A stretch of 44,377 nt of DNA from Archaeoglobaceae archaeon (GCA_038893835.1 JAWAQR010000010.1:1-44377), one strand, 5' to 3'; counted from the first letter of the stretch, positions 23,629 to 33,569 are shown. The notes: a model not told the origin generated them from the letters alone. Translations and numbers: made by a program.

Positions 23629-25019
23629 CAGTTCTCACCTAAAATGCTTTCTGCAGCTATCAGCCCAGTTACAGCAGCTCCAACGATTCCTCTGCTTATT
23701 CCTGCGCCATCCCCTATGGCGTAGATAAAAGGAATACTAGTCCTCATACCCTTATCAACCTTCAGCTTCAGAGAATAGAATTTTACCTCTGGTGCGTATA
23801 GAAGAGTTGAATCATCTGCAACTCCTGGAATAACTTTATCCAATCTTTCTAATGCATCGAGAATGTCATCTATAACTCTCCCAGGATAAGCAAGACTTAT
23901 ATCTCCTGGAATTGCAGTTTTAAGCGTTGGCTGGACAAGTCTATTATTTTTTATTCTGTTTTCAGTACTCCTCCTTCCCAAGCGGAGATCCTTGAGTCTC
24001 TGAACTATCGGATTTCCTCCTCCAAGCTTTGTCGTTATCCTTGCTAGATCCCTTCCCCACTCATTTGGCTCTTCAAAAGGCTCTGTAAATTCATAATGTC
24101 CCAATAGTGCGAAATTCGTGTTCCTACTCTTCTCCTTCGCTTTGCTGTGTCCATTTACTAAGCAGAAATCACCGTAATCTTCCCTTATAACCCAACCTCC
24201 TGGACATGTGCAGAACGTTCGCATGTAATCGTCGTGCCTTCTGGTGATAACTCTGAGCTTTGGATCGTAAATCGTGGAAGTTATGTCGCTCATTATCGAT
24301 GCTGGTACTTCTACTCTAACTCCTACATCTATCGCTTTTGAATTCTCCGCAACCATTATTCCATACTTCTTAACCCATTCTTCCAACCAGTTTGCACCAG
24401 CCCTTCCAACGGCGATTATTAAATTCTCATAACCAAATTCCAGCCCATTTGCTGTCTTTATCATCCTTTTTTCCGGATTTATGTCTACAACAGTTGTTTC
24501 AGTTCTTATTTCAACCCCTCTTTTTTTAAGTTCATTTTCAATGCTATTTATAACCCTAGGCAACTCATCGCTACCAACGTGTCTTTGTCTTAGCGGAACA
24601 AACTCTATACCGGCAGCATTCGCCATCTTTAGGAATTTGTTTATCTTTTCCTCATCATCACCGTAAATTTCACCCTTTACTCCATGCTTTAGCAGTATTT
24701 CATCTACTTCGTTCATTTTCTCAATCACGTATTCTCTTTCCAGAAAATCGAAGTCTCCTCCAACGGAAAAGCTCGAAGGATAATTTGGATGAACGTAATT
24801 CAATTTCCCATCAGAAAGTCCTCCAGCTCCGCCGACACCGCAAGTTATGTTGCATGGATCGCACTTTTTGCAAAAGCTCTGAGATAGGTCGCTGGGACAT
24901 CTTCTTTTGGATATATCTCTCCCCATTTCGAAAATCGCCACCTTCTTTCTTCCTGCAAGTTTATAAGCTGCAAACAATCCTCCTGGGCCAGCTCCAATGA
25001 TTATGACATCAAATTTCAT
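23628..25019 (-). CDS. FAD-dependent oxidoreductase (COG2509-like)
   Basis: GAGPGG, C-rich insert, GGAGGLSDGKL, TFCTCPGG, GDGAGISRG. Confidence 0.88.
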   Translation of the reverse strand: MKFDVIIIGAGPGGLFAAYKLAGRKKVAIFEMGRDISKRRCPSDLSQSFCKKCDPCNITCGVGGAGGLSDGKLNYVHPNYPSSFSVGGDFDFLEREYVIEKMNEVDEILLKHGVKGEIYGDDEEKINKFLKMANAAGIEFVPLRQRHVGSDELPRVINSIENELKKRGVEIRTETTVVDINPEKRMIKTANGLEFGYENLIIAVGRAGANWLEEWVKKYGIMVAENSKAIDVGVRVEVPASIMSDITSTIYDPKLRVITRRHDDYMRTFCTCPGGWVIREDYGDFCLVNGHSKAKEKSRNTNFALLGHYEFTEPFEEPNEWGRDLARITTKLGGGNPIVQRLKDLRLGRRSTENRIKNNRLVQPTLKTAIPGDISLAYPGRVIDDILDALERLDKVIPGVADDSTLLYAPEVKFYSLKLKVDKGMRTSIPFIYAIGDGAGISRGIVGAAVTGLIAAESILGEN

Positions 25020-25067
25020 ACATTTTTAGCTTTTTCTGCTTCTGTCATTTAAATTTTGCTATTCTTC

Positions 25068-25322
25068 TTAGCTCTTTTTAAGCCATTCAAAGTAAAGCTT
25101 GATCGATTTTCGATTTACTATTAAATGAACTATAACGACTAGAAGTGCGATAAGGGAGAAATAAGTATGAAGATCGCTCCAGGTTTGTTTGTTTAGACCA
25201 AGAAAAGAATACCATCCTGCCCTAGGTTTTGGCCAGAAGTATAGAACTAATCCAGTTATCAGGCTAACGAACCCAAAGAAAAGCGAAAACATGAAAACGA
25301 TTAATCTGATATTTTTTCCCAT
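25068..25322 (-). CDS. DUF4405-like small membrane protein
   Basis: ITG, W.DLH, VHL pattern of cytochrome-b-like DUF4405. Confidence 0.7.
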   Translation of the reverse strand: MGKNIRLIVFMFSLFFGFVSLITGLVLYFWPKPRAGWYSFLGLNKQTWSDLHTYFSLIALLVVIVHLIVNRKSIKLYFEWLKKS

Positions 25323-25392
25323 GCATCGATTTGTTTTTTGCAATTCTTAAATTTTTCGTAAGCGATATATCCTTTTCTGAATTCTTCGCTTC

Positions 25393-26307
25393 ATGGAACT
25401 TCTGGAAATTCTGAAAAAATGCAAGAATAAGAGGGCACTGGTCTTTGGCATGGGTGGAGGAGGGGATGTTTTGAGCACAATTCCGGTTGCAAACTTCTTG
25501 AAATATTTTGATTTTGAAGTAATACACGGTGGAGTAATCTGGGATAGGCTAGTCGTTGATCCTAAGCCGGGTCCTAGAAGTTTGGAAGAACTTCTGAACA
25601 TAGAAAGAATTTCGGAAACACTTGCTTTCATAAAGGAAGATACTAGAACAAGTTACAACGTGAGACCAAACTTGTCTAGGGCTGCAAAATCTCTTGGGAA
25701 GGTTCTTGGATTGGACATAACTAAGGGGGTCAAAGAGCTTTCCGATGATTTAAGAGATTTTAAAGAAGCTTGGAAAATAGATCTGATCATTGGCGTCGAT
25801 GCTGGTGGTGATGCAATTGCAGTTGGATACGAATCAGGGGTTAAAAGTCCTCTCGCAGATGCGATCAGCGTTGCAGTTCTCGGCGTTTTGGATGAAATAG
25901 TTGCAGTTTCTGGCCTCGGTAGCGATGGTGAGCTGAAGTTTGAGGAGATATTACTAAATATATCTGAATTATATAAAAATAAAGGTTTTTTGGGTTGCAC
26001 TTCTCTCAGCGAAAGGGATTATCTTCAAATGCAGTTGATGAGCAATGAAGTCGTTACCGAGGCTAGTAAGGTTCCAATTTTGGCTTATTGTGGCGAATTT
26101 GGTTTAAAAAAGATAAGAAAAGGGAGAACGGTTCTTATAACACCTCTTTCTGCTTTGATCTTTTATTTCAAAGCTAAAAACGTAATGGAATTGAATGAAT
26201 GTGCAAAACTCGTTTTGAACGCAAAAGATCTTGAAGAGGCTAATAAAATTCTTAACAAAAACGGAATAATGACGGAGTTGGACTATGAAAGGCTGGTTTC
26301 AGAATAG
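25393..26307 (+). CDS. DUF1152 domain protein
   Basis: GMGGGGD, DPKPGPR, VDAGGD, SPLAD, GSDGEL. Confidence 0.82.
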   Translation: MELLEILKKCKNKRALVFGMGGGGDVLSTIPVANFLKYFDFEVIHGGVIWDRLVVDPKPGPRSLEELLNIERISETLAFIKEDTRTSYNVRPNLSRAAKSLGKVLGLDITKGVKELSDDLRDFKEAWKIDLIIGVDAGGDAIAVGYESGVKSPLADAISVAVLGVLDEIVAVSGLGSDGELKFEEILLNISELYKNKGFLGCTSLSERDYLQMQLMSNEVVTEASKVPILAYCGEFGLKKIRKGRTVLITPLSALIFYFKAKNVMELNECAKLVLNAKDLEEANKILNKNGIMTELDYERLVSE

Positions 26308-26547
26308 ATCGTTGCAACAGAAATGATACTCAAACATAATAAAATACGCTGTTTAGCATGAGTTTACAGTTCTTGCTCGATATGAATCAAAAACTTGCTA
26401 TCATCATCCAAACGCGACAATAGGCCTTGGAAACCTTTAAGCCGAAATTTAATTTTTAAACCAAAGGTTTATATCTCGATTAAGTTGTAAACAACCATGG
26501 AGAAAATTCTTACAGCGAGGTTTGCAATGGCTTGTGGGTGAGGATAA

Positions 26548-27333
26548 ATGATCGACGCAATAACTGCATTATCGCTCTTCATCACTGGCCTCATAGCAGG
26601 AACCCTTGGCGGTTCGCTCGACATAGGTGGTTGCGTTATAATGCTACCCTCGCTTAGCTTCATATTCAACTATCCCTTGCCAGTGGCGATTGGAACGACG
26701 ATCACCGCTGTGATTTTGACCGCAAGCTCGGGAGCGATTGGGCATTTAAGAATGAAAAATGTTGACTTCACAACTGCGAAGATCGTTGCAGTTAGTGGAG
26801 CAATCGGCGCCATGGTTGGTTCGCTGGTCTTCTTCTACATCGCAAGCGAAGTCTGGCTTCTGAACTTAATTTTGGGCTTTGCTTTCCTATACGTGGCTTT
26901 AAGAATGGTCTATGAGGGGATAATAAAGAGAAAGATGCCTGAAAGGACTGGTAACACCGTTCCTGGAAGCAAAGCTTCAAAGGGCACAATTGGGTTCTTT
27001 ATAGGCATAATCACTGGAATCGTAGGGCTTGGTGGTGGATACGCTCTCGTTCCTTCCTTTATCTATTTGCTCGGTTCAGCAGTTAAAATCGCGGTTGGAA
27101 CTTCGCTGGCTTCATTCATAAGCATGGCGGTTGTTAGCGGAGCTTTCAAGCTTTATCAGGGTCTTGTGGATGTGGTTGCTGCATTAAGCATCGGCATTGG
27201 AGCGGTCATTGGGGCTCAAATCGGAGCAAGGCTCGTCAAATTTGTTCCTTCATGGACTATAAAAGCACTCTTTGGCTTCGTTTTTCTTTACGTTTCGCTA
27301 CGCTTCATATGGCAAGGTTTGGGGGCGACATAG
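26548..27333 (+). CDS. Sulfite exporter TauE/SafE family permease
   Basis: Two repeats with GLGGG..VP and AVGTSL/AIGTT motifs, about 8 TM helices. Confidence 0.9.
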   Translation: MIDAITALSLFITGLIAGTLGGSLDIGGCVIMLPSLSFIFNYPLPVAIGTTITAVILTASSGAIGHLRMKNVDFTTAKIVAVSGAIGAMVGSLVFFYIASEVWLLNLILGFAFLYVALRMVYEGIIKRKMPERTGNTVPGSKASKGTIGFFIGIITGIVGLGGGYALVPSFIYLLGSAVKIAVGTSLASFISMAVVSGAFKLYQGLVDVVAALSIGIGAVIGAQIGARLVKFVPSWTIKALFGFVFLYVSLRFIWQGLGAT

Positions 27334-27367
27334 GGCTAAAATTTAATTTTTTACTTTATCTGAAAAA

Positions 27368-28296
<929 letters not shown>

Positions 28297-28839
28297 TTAA
28301 AATTCAAAGCTCATTTCGTATCCAGCGGATAACAAAAGGCTTATGAGTGTCTCCCGAATGCCTATAAACTTCTTATCTTCAAAAAGTGGTTTGCATTCTT
28401 TTATATCTTTCTCGCCATTCAGCAATTTAACCGCAAATGCCATACAAGTTTGCTCTCCGCATTTCTTGCAGTTTGTCTTTGGCAGATATTTGTAAACGTC
28501 AATCGCTCCAATGAAGGTTTTTTGCAGAGGTTTGCTTATGTCTATTTCGTCTCTTTTCTCCCAAGCGGTTCTGGCTTTTTCTTCAATTTCCTTGAGAATG
28601 CCCAATGCTTCTTCCTTGCTACTGATCATCGTTATTGTTACAAAGCGGTCGCTGTGAATAGTGATTATTCTTTGCCCCTTCTTAAAGCTGATCCAGCCAT
28701 CCTTTGCGTTGTAGCTTGCATTTGGTAAAATTCTTGCGAGATAAGGGGCAATCTCGGTGATGTTTTCAATATCAACTTTGCCAATAACTCTATATTTGCT
28801 CGGATCAGCAATGCATGGCAAAATTTCCTTGATTTCCAT
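28297..28839 (-). CDS. Fe-S cluster-binding protein (putative FeS domain, PF04060-like)
   Basis: LPKTNCKKCGEQTCMAFA...C motif; N-terminal PCIAD. Confidence 0.82.
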   Translation of the reverse strand: MEIKEILPCIADPSKYRVIGKVDIENITEIAPYLARILPNASYNAKDGWISFKKGQRIITIHSDRFVTITMISSKEEALGILKEIEEKARTAWEKRDEIDISKPLQKTFIGAIDVYKYLPKTNCKKCGEQTCMAFAVKLLNGEKDIKECKPLFEDKKFIGIRETLISLLLSAGYEMSFEF

Positions 28840-28902
28840 CGCAAATTTTCCTCTTAGGTTTATTTAAAACTTTTCAAATTTTCTTTTCAGTTTTTTAGTT
28901 CC

Positions 28903-29013
28903 AAGCTTAAAAAATGTTACCAAATTAAAGAATCTTATTCCAAATCCAAAAACTCCTTTTTACGTATATGTCAGCAAGTAGCAAAATTTATATATTAATA
29001 GCACGTAACATAG
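28903..29013 (+). repeat. Promoter module copy 1
   Basis: AAGCTTAAAAA.TGTTAC...TTTTTACGTATATGTCAGCAAGTAGCAAAATTTATATA; aligns with copies at 30065 and 31619. Confidence 0.9.
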
Positions 29014-29021
29014 GATGAGGG

Positions 29022-29542
29022 ATGGAAAAAGTTAAGTTTACGGTGCTGGTGATGGTTGCAGTTGTAATTTTTTCTTATCCTTTCTTACTGTCTATTGCAT
29101 TTCCTTTCTATTTGAAAAACTCGAGATACTTCGAAGTTTTGCAGTAGCTCTTAGCATTTCAGCGGTCTTTGGTGTCTACAGCAGGTTGAGGAAAAAAATA
29201 GTAAATAGCAACTTTTGAATGAGGCTAAAGAGTGGAGGGAAGTTATCTTGCTGGATTCTCATGTTTATAGCTGTATAACTGCGCGAAATACATGGGATGG
29301 ATATGAAAAAACTTGGCATGAAAAGTTATGCGTATCTTTTAATTTTCTTCTTTTCGATTTATCTGATTTTAAAGAGCTTTAGTTTGAATTGTAACATTAA
29401 GACGAATAATCAGACATTCGGAAATCTTTGCTGGACTCATGGCTTGCTTTTGCTGACTTGGAGGTATTATCTGTCATCTATAATTTCTATTGGCATATTT
29501 TTAGCCTTTACCCATAAACTTCGCTTCTTTTACCGATTTTGA
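29022..29542 (+). pseudogene. Fragmented small membrane-protein ORF(s), candidate orphan immunity remnants
   Basis: ATG at 29022 directly behind promoter copy 1 (MEKVKFTVLVMVAVVIFSYPFLL...) stops after 41 aa; further hydrophobic fragments in other frames including 29297-29542. Confidence 0.45.
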
Positions 29543-29774
29543 GTATCTTTATTACCTTCTCATCTTTCTCAAATTCAAAGATCACTCTGTAATCTCCAAC
29601 TCTTAGCCTGTAAGTCTTCTCAAAGCCTTTAAGCTTCTTCACATCGAGGCGAACAAGTGGAAAGAATGCGAGCTTTGAGATTCTATCTTTTACGAGCTCT
29701 TGATCCTTTTCTGGAATATCTTTAAGTTCCTTTAGAGCTTTTCTGGCTATTAAAATTCGATTTTCATAACTCAT
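29508..29774 (-). CDS. RelE/ParE family type II toxin
   Basis: KKLKG...YRLRVGDYRVIF...IGKRSEVY. Confidence 0.92.
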   Translation of the reverse strand: MSYENRILIARKALKELKDIPEKDQELVKDRISKLAFFPLVRLDVKKLKGFEKTYRLRVGDYRVIFEFEKDEKVIKILKIGKRSEVYG

Positions 29775-29949
29775 TCTTAATCAAACGCCACTCAATGAAC
29801 TCGTCTCTACTTCTTTCTTCAAGATCTTCAACTTCCCATGCTTCAGGCTCAACTTCTTCGATCAACTCAAGGTTTACTTCGATCAGAGCCTTTAGATAGC
29901 TCTCAATTCTCTTCATTTGCTCGCTGAGCTCTTCAAGCGTTGTTTGCAT
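29764..29949 (-). CDS. Cognate antitoxin of the RelE toxin
   Basis: 61 aa, acidic, directly upstream of and overlapping the toxin. Confidence 0.75.
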   Translation of the reverse strand: MQTTLEELSEQMKRIESYLKALIEVNLELIEEVEPEAWEVEDLEERSRDEFIEWRLIKNEL

Positions 29950-30064
29950 ATTTCACTTATGGAACTGGATTTTATTAACTTTTTGGATTCAACTCAATTT
30001 TTGATCCCATTTCTAAGCGCAGAATTTCAGCAATTTTAGCTCGGAATATAATCTTTGTATTTTT

Positions 30065-30241
30065 AAGCTTAAAAAGTGTTACTTAACTGAAGAATTTTAT
30101 TTCAAATCAAAAACTTCTTTTTACATATATGTCATCAAGTAGCAAAAACTTATATACTGCTTGTGCTTATTTTTGACTGGTGAGAGCATGACAATAGCCA
30201 AGAAAATAATAAGCCTGTTTCTGGTTTTAGTCATGCTTGGG
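30065..30241 (+). repeat. Promoter module copy 2 + RBS + signal-peptide coding segment
   Basis: Same core with ACATATATGT palindrome at 30123-30132; GTGAGAGCATGACA...AAGAAAATAATAAGCCTGTTTCTGGTTTTAG shared with copy 3. Confidence 0.92.
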
Positions 30242-31144
30242 AGTTTAGCGACGCCAGCGATGGCAAAAAAGGCTGAAGTAGATAGTGAAAACAGTTGCAG
30301 TGAAATAACGCTGAAGAGAATTGTGGAAGTTGAAATTGCAAAGAATGGAAAGGCGATTTTGAACATTACAGAAGTGAACAAAAGCTTAAGAGAATGGATT
30401 GCTGGGAAGTTCAAAGAAAGCTCTTGCCAAGATCAAAGCTGTTTAGCATTTGATTACCAAGTGGAGATGAAAGAAATATACAACTACTCCACAAATAACA
30501 AAAAGCTTACTTTCAGCGAAGTCAGAATCTACAACGAAAGCAGTAGCTTCGATTTCAAAGTTCTTAGCTACTTTGCTGAAACCGCAACCTATAATCTTAG
30601 CTTGGTGACAAGAATGATGCAAGTTGAAGGCGAGAACTACTTTGTAACTGCAATAAACTTAGCTCCTAAGGACGAAAAGAAGTTCGCTCCCTTTGCTGAT
30701 GTTGTTGAAATCAAAAGCAAAGCCAAGCTCTCCGAGCACTACAGAATATTGGCTGAAGTGCTCAACGAGATAAGAAAGCAAGACGAGACTTCTTGGATTT
30801 GGAATAAGGCTAAGCTTGAGCTGAGCTATTTGAGCAGAGTAGTTGAGAGGAATCTTGCGAAGTTCAATGTGGAGGGGAAAGGGAGTGCAATTGCTATTGA
30901 TCAGTACTGCATTACGAGTGTAATAAGTTGCTTGGGAGCAATAGCTTCAGTAGGGCTCGGTGGTTTGAGCGCTTGTCCTTTATGTGCTCAAGTAATTACG
31001 TGTATCCCAGCCTGTGCTACAGTTTTTACTTGGCCAACTTGCTTGCTTTGCTTGGCAACTGGTGCTGCAGGTTGTTTTGCCTGTGCTGCATTGGTTCTCG
31101 GAATAGTTTCTTGTGCACAAGCTCTATCATGTTTAGGTGGATAA
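30188..31144 (+). CDS. Secreted precursor with 12-Cys hydrophobic C-terminal peptide (halocin-C8-like toxin candidate)
   Basis: Sec signal [26 protein letters not shown], ~210 aa polar pro-region, C-terminal ~80 aa with 12 Cys rich in G/A/L. Confidence 0.7.
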   Translation: MTIAKKIISLFLVLVMLGSLATPAMAKKAEVDSENSCSEITLKRIVEVEIAKNGKAILNITEVNKSLREWIAGKFKESSCQDQSCLAFDYQVEMKEIYNYSTNNKKLTFSEVRIYNESSSFDFKVLSYFAETATYNLSLVTRMMQVEGENYFVTAINLAPKDEKKFAPFADVVEIKSKAKLSEHYRILAEVLNEIRKQDETSWIWNKAKLELSYLSRVVERNLAKFNVEGKGSAIAIDQYCITSVISCLGAIASVGLGGLSACPLCAQVITCIPACATVFTWPTCLLCLATGAAGCFACAALVLGIVSCAQALSCLGG

Positions 31145-31145
31145 A

Positions 31146-31472
31146 ATGAAATTTCGATTGTTTATACCAGTACCTTTTCTTTTTATTTCCTTGGCATTCG
31201 GTGTACTGCTTAGCGACCCGGTTCCGATATTTGTCTTTCTGATATGCTTCCCAGCTTATTTATACAAACTAAAACTGAAGTTAGTTAAAAATAAGATAAT
31301 CGAAGAGGAATTGGAAATCTTGTTCTTCACTTCAATAATATTGGCATCTGTTTTCTCTCTTCCATTCAATGGATTTGATGCATTATCTCACTTAAAAAGG
31401 GTCATTTCTCTTATCTTAACATCTTTTGTGGCATTTTTGGCTATGTTCAGCTATATTACAGAAAAAAGATAA
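31146..31472 (+). CDS. Small multi-TM membrane protein, candidate immunity protein
   Basis: About 4 hydrophobic segments; ATG 1 nt after the upstream stop (GGA TAA A ATG). Confidence 0.6.
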   Translation: MKFRLFIPVPFLFISLAFGVLLSDPVPIFVFLICFPAYLYKLKLKLVKNKIIEEELEILFFTSIILASVFSLPFNGFDALSHLKRVISLILTSFVAFLAMFSYITEKR

Positions 31473-31618
31473 GCCGGGTTAAAGAGTTGCAGAAAATCAG
31501 GATATTTTAAAAAGCTCGAAAAAGAAGATATTTATAATCTCAGTTTTATACTTAGTTTTTTGGACACCTTTAAAAATCTTCCAGCATAATACGTCTTATT
31601 TTGGGAATTTTTTGATTT

Positions 31619-31792
31619 AAGCTTAAAAAGTGTTACCAATTTAAAGAATTTTATTCCAAATCAAAAACCTCTTTTTACATATATGTCAGCAAGTAGCGAA
31701 ATACTTATATATTAGTAGCACACAACATAGCTTAGTGAGAGCATGACAGCCAAGAAAATAATAAGTCTGTTTCTGGTTTTAGTTATGGTTGG
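31619..31792 (+). repeat. Promoter module copy 3 + RBS + signal-peptide coding segment
   Basis: ACATATATGT at 31677-31686; 3' promoter part (TATATATTAGTAGCACACAACATAG) matches copy 1, RBS/signal matches copy 2. Confidence 0.92.
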
Positions 31793-32843
31793 CAGCACAA
31801 CAACACCAGTGATTGCGACTAAAATTGCAGAAAATAAGCCAATTCCTGCAAAAGAGAAATCTGAATTACATAAAGACATAGAAATTATAAAAATCGACCC
31901 AAATCTTGAGAATTTGACACCATATTGGATAATAATAGCTGTTGGAAGTGAAGAAAAGGGAAGATTGACAACCTTTAAATATATAGATACCAGTAAAAGT
32001 CTAAAAGATTATGAAAAAGAGGAGTTGAAAAGATTTTTGCAAGAACTTTGGAAGAAGTATCCCGTGAAGACGATTAGAGACAAGAAATCAACCTTGGTAA
32101 CAATTGAATCCGGAAATGAAATTTTGCTTACAGAAGAGGATAAAATAATGCTCGAGAGAGTAGCTATGGCTGTAAATGGGTATTTCAGTTCAAAATACGA
32201 AATAGGAATATTGTGGAATGTAGACACACATCAAAGCGTTGCTTTTATCTCCTGCAAGAAGTGGGGAGAGAGCGATTATTACTGCGGTATAACTAGAGAC
32301 CATGCAGACGATCCGGACTACTGGACTCAAATTCCTCCCCCTCCAGGTTACCCTGAATGGTATTGGAATTTCATAATGCAGGTTGTTCATTCTTGGACGC
32401 ACTATTACAACCCGGATTGGGCAACGGGCTCTGCTCCAAGCGAATGCAAGTATTATGCAAACGTAGCTAAGAATTTGGGATACGCAAGCCACTTTATAAC
32501 GGACGTTGGAAATCCCTTGCACACAGGTTTGGAGAGCTGGCAAGCGGTTTTTAGCTCTATTCATTATTCCTATGAAAATTATATCTCCAGTAACTGGGAA
32601 AGTGGTTATAGATTCAAATCAGTAATCGAAAACAATTGGTATTATTACCCAATCAGCAACCCAGAACAGGCAACCAAAGACTTAGCAACTTATTCCCACC
32701 AATATGATGATACAGTATTCTGGACCATCTACAATAACCCAAATACATGGCAAAATGACCAAAACCTGAGGAAAGTCACAGAAAACTGTCTGCTCGAAAC
32801 AGCTAAATATTCTCTTGGATTGATTAAATACGTGAGGGGATAA
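31743..32843 (+). CDS. Secreted Zn-dependent phospholipase C / S1-P1 nuclease-like protein with pro-domain
   Basis: Signal [15 protein letters not shown]; [27 protein letters not shown] match the tri-zinc ligand pattern. Confidence 0.78.
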   Translation: MTAKKIISLFLVLVMVGSTTTPVIATKIAENKPIPAKEKSELHKDIEIIKIDPNLENLTPYWIIIAVGSEEKGRLTTFKYIDTSKSLKDYEKEELKRFLQELWKKYPVKTIRDKKSTLVTIESGNEILLTEEDKIMLERVAMAVNGYFSSKYEIGILWNVDTHQSVAFISCKKWGESDYYCGITRDHADDPDYWTQIPPPPGYPEWYWNFIMQVVHSWTHYYNPDWATGSAPSECKYYANVAKNLGYASHFITDVGNPLHTGLESWQAVFSSIHYSYENYISSNWESGYRFKSVIENNWYYYPISNPEQATKDLATYSHQYDDTVFWTIYNNPNTWQNDQNLRKVTENCLLETAKYSLGLIKYVRG

Positions 32844-32844
32844 A

Positions 32845-33204
32845 ATGAGGATCGAAGATGTGTTTTTAATTCTATTTGTTTTTTTGATACCAGCAACGAT
32901 AGCGAGTTATGTTTTCATAAGGATTTCAAAAGTCCGATACAGATATTTCCCTATCCTTGTCCTCATAGGCTTTGGGATAGCTTTCTTTGGACTTTTCATT
33001 TTATTTCTTGTAAATTTTGGCTCCATACATACCACTGGATCTTCAATTCAAGTCATTCCAAAGGAAATTTCAGAGCATCCAGATCCACTAATTCGTCTTT
33101 ACGGAACGTTAACCATACTCTGCTTCGAGAATACAGCTATATTGACCATAATTTATGCTATAATTGCAAGAAGTCCAATTTTTTACAGAAAGGTGAAAAA
33201 TTGA
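32845..33204 (+). CDS. Small 3-TM membrane protein, candidate immunity protein
   Basis: Three hydrophobic segments; same GGA TAA A ATG coupling to the upstream gene. Confidence 0.6.
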   Translation: MRIEDVFLILFVFLIPATIASYVFIRISKVRYRYFPILVLIGFGIAFFGLFILFLVNFGSIHTTGSSIQVIPKEISEHPDPLIRLYGTLTILCFENTAILTIIYAIIARSPIFYRKVKN

Positions 33205-33252
33205 AACACTCTGGGGTTGAGATTATTTTAAAAGTTGCAATTGCTTCGAATG

Positions 33253-33569
33253 TAGCTCCTAAGGATGAAAAGAAGTTCGCTCCATTCGCTGATGTCATCG
33301 AGATCAAAAGCAAAGCCAAGCTCTCCGAGCACTACAGAATTCTTGCTGAAGTGCTCTCGAGAGCTTATTTCGAGTCAGAGCTCGAGACTTCGGAGGACTC
33401 GATTCAGCTCTTGGAGGAGATCGAGAGCAAGATGCTCAGTAAAATCGACAGTAGTTCGCAGTATAGGCTGAGCCTTGAATCGCTGATGAGCGCGTGCAGA
33501 CACATGAAATCGATCGGCGAGATAGCTTTGAACAAGTCGGTCAGAGAATCCCTGAAGGCTACACGCTGA
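33253..33569 (+). pseudogene. Chimeric remnant: fragment of a paralog of 30188-31144 fused to a PhoU-like C-terminal fragment
   Basis: 33253-33356 matches 30660-30763 at 94/104 nt by manual alignment; remainder (SLMSACRHMKSIGEIALN) resembles a PhoU-domain C-terminal helix. Confidence 0.7.

Noticed and set aside
26340-26410. ATGATGA box on the minus strand as a C/D sRNA
   Set aside because: No convincing C' or terminal CTGA D box.
26539-26547. Selenocysteine readthrough of TGA before tauE
   Set aside because: No SECIS seen and GGTGAGG is explained as the Shine-Dalgarno; kept only as a caveat.
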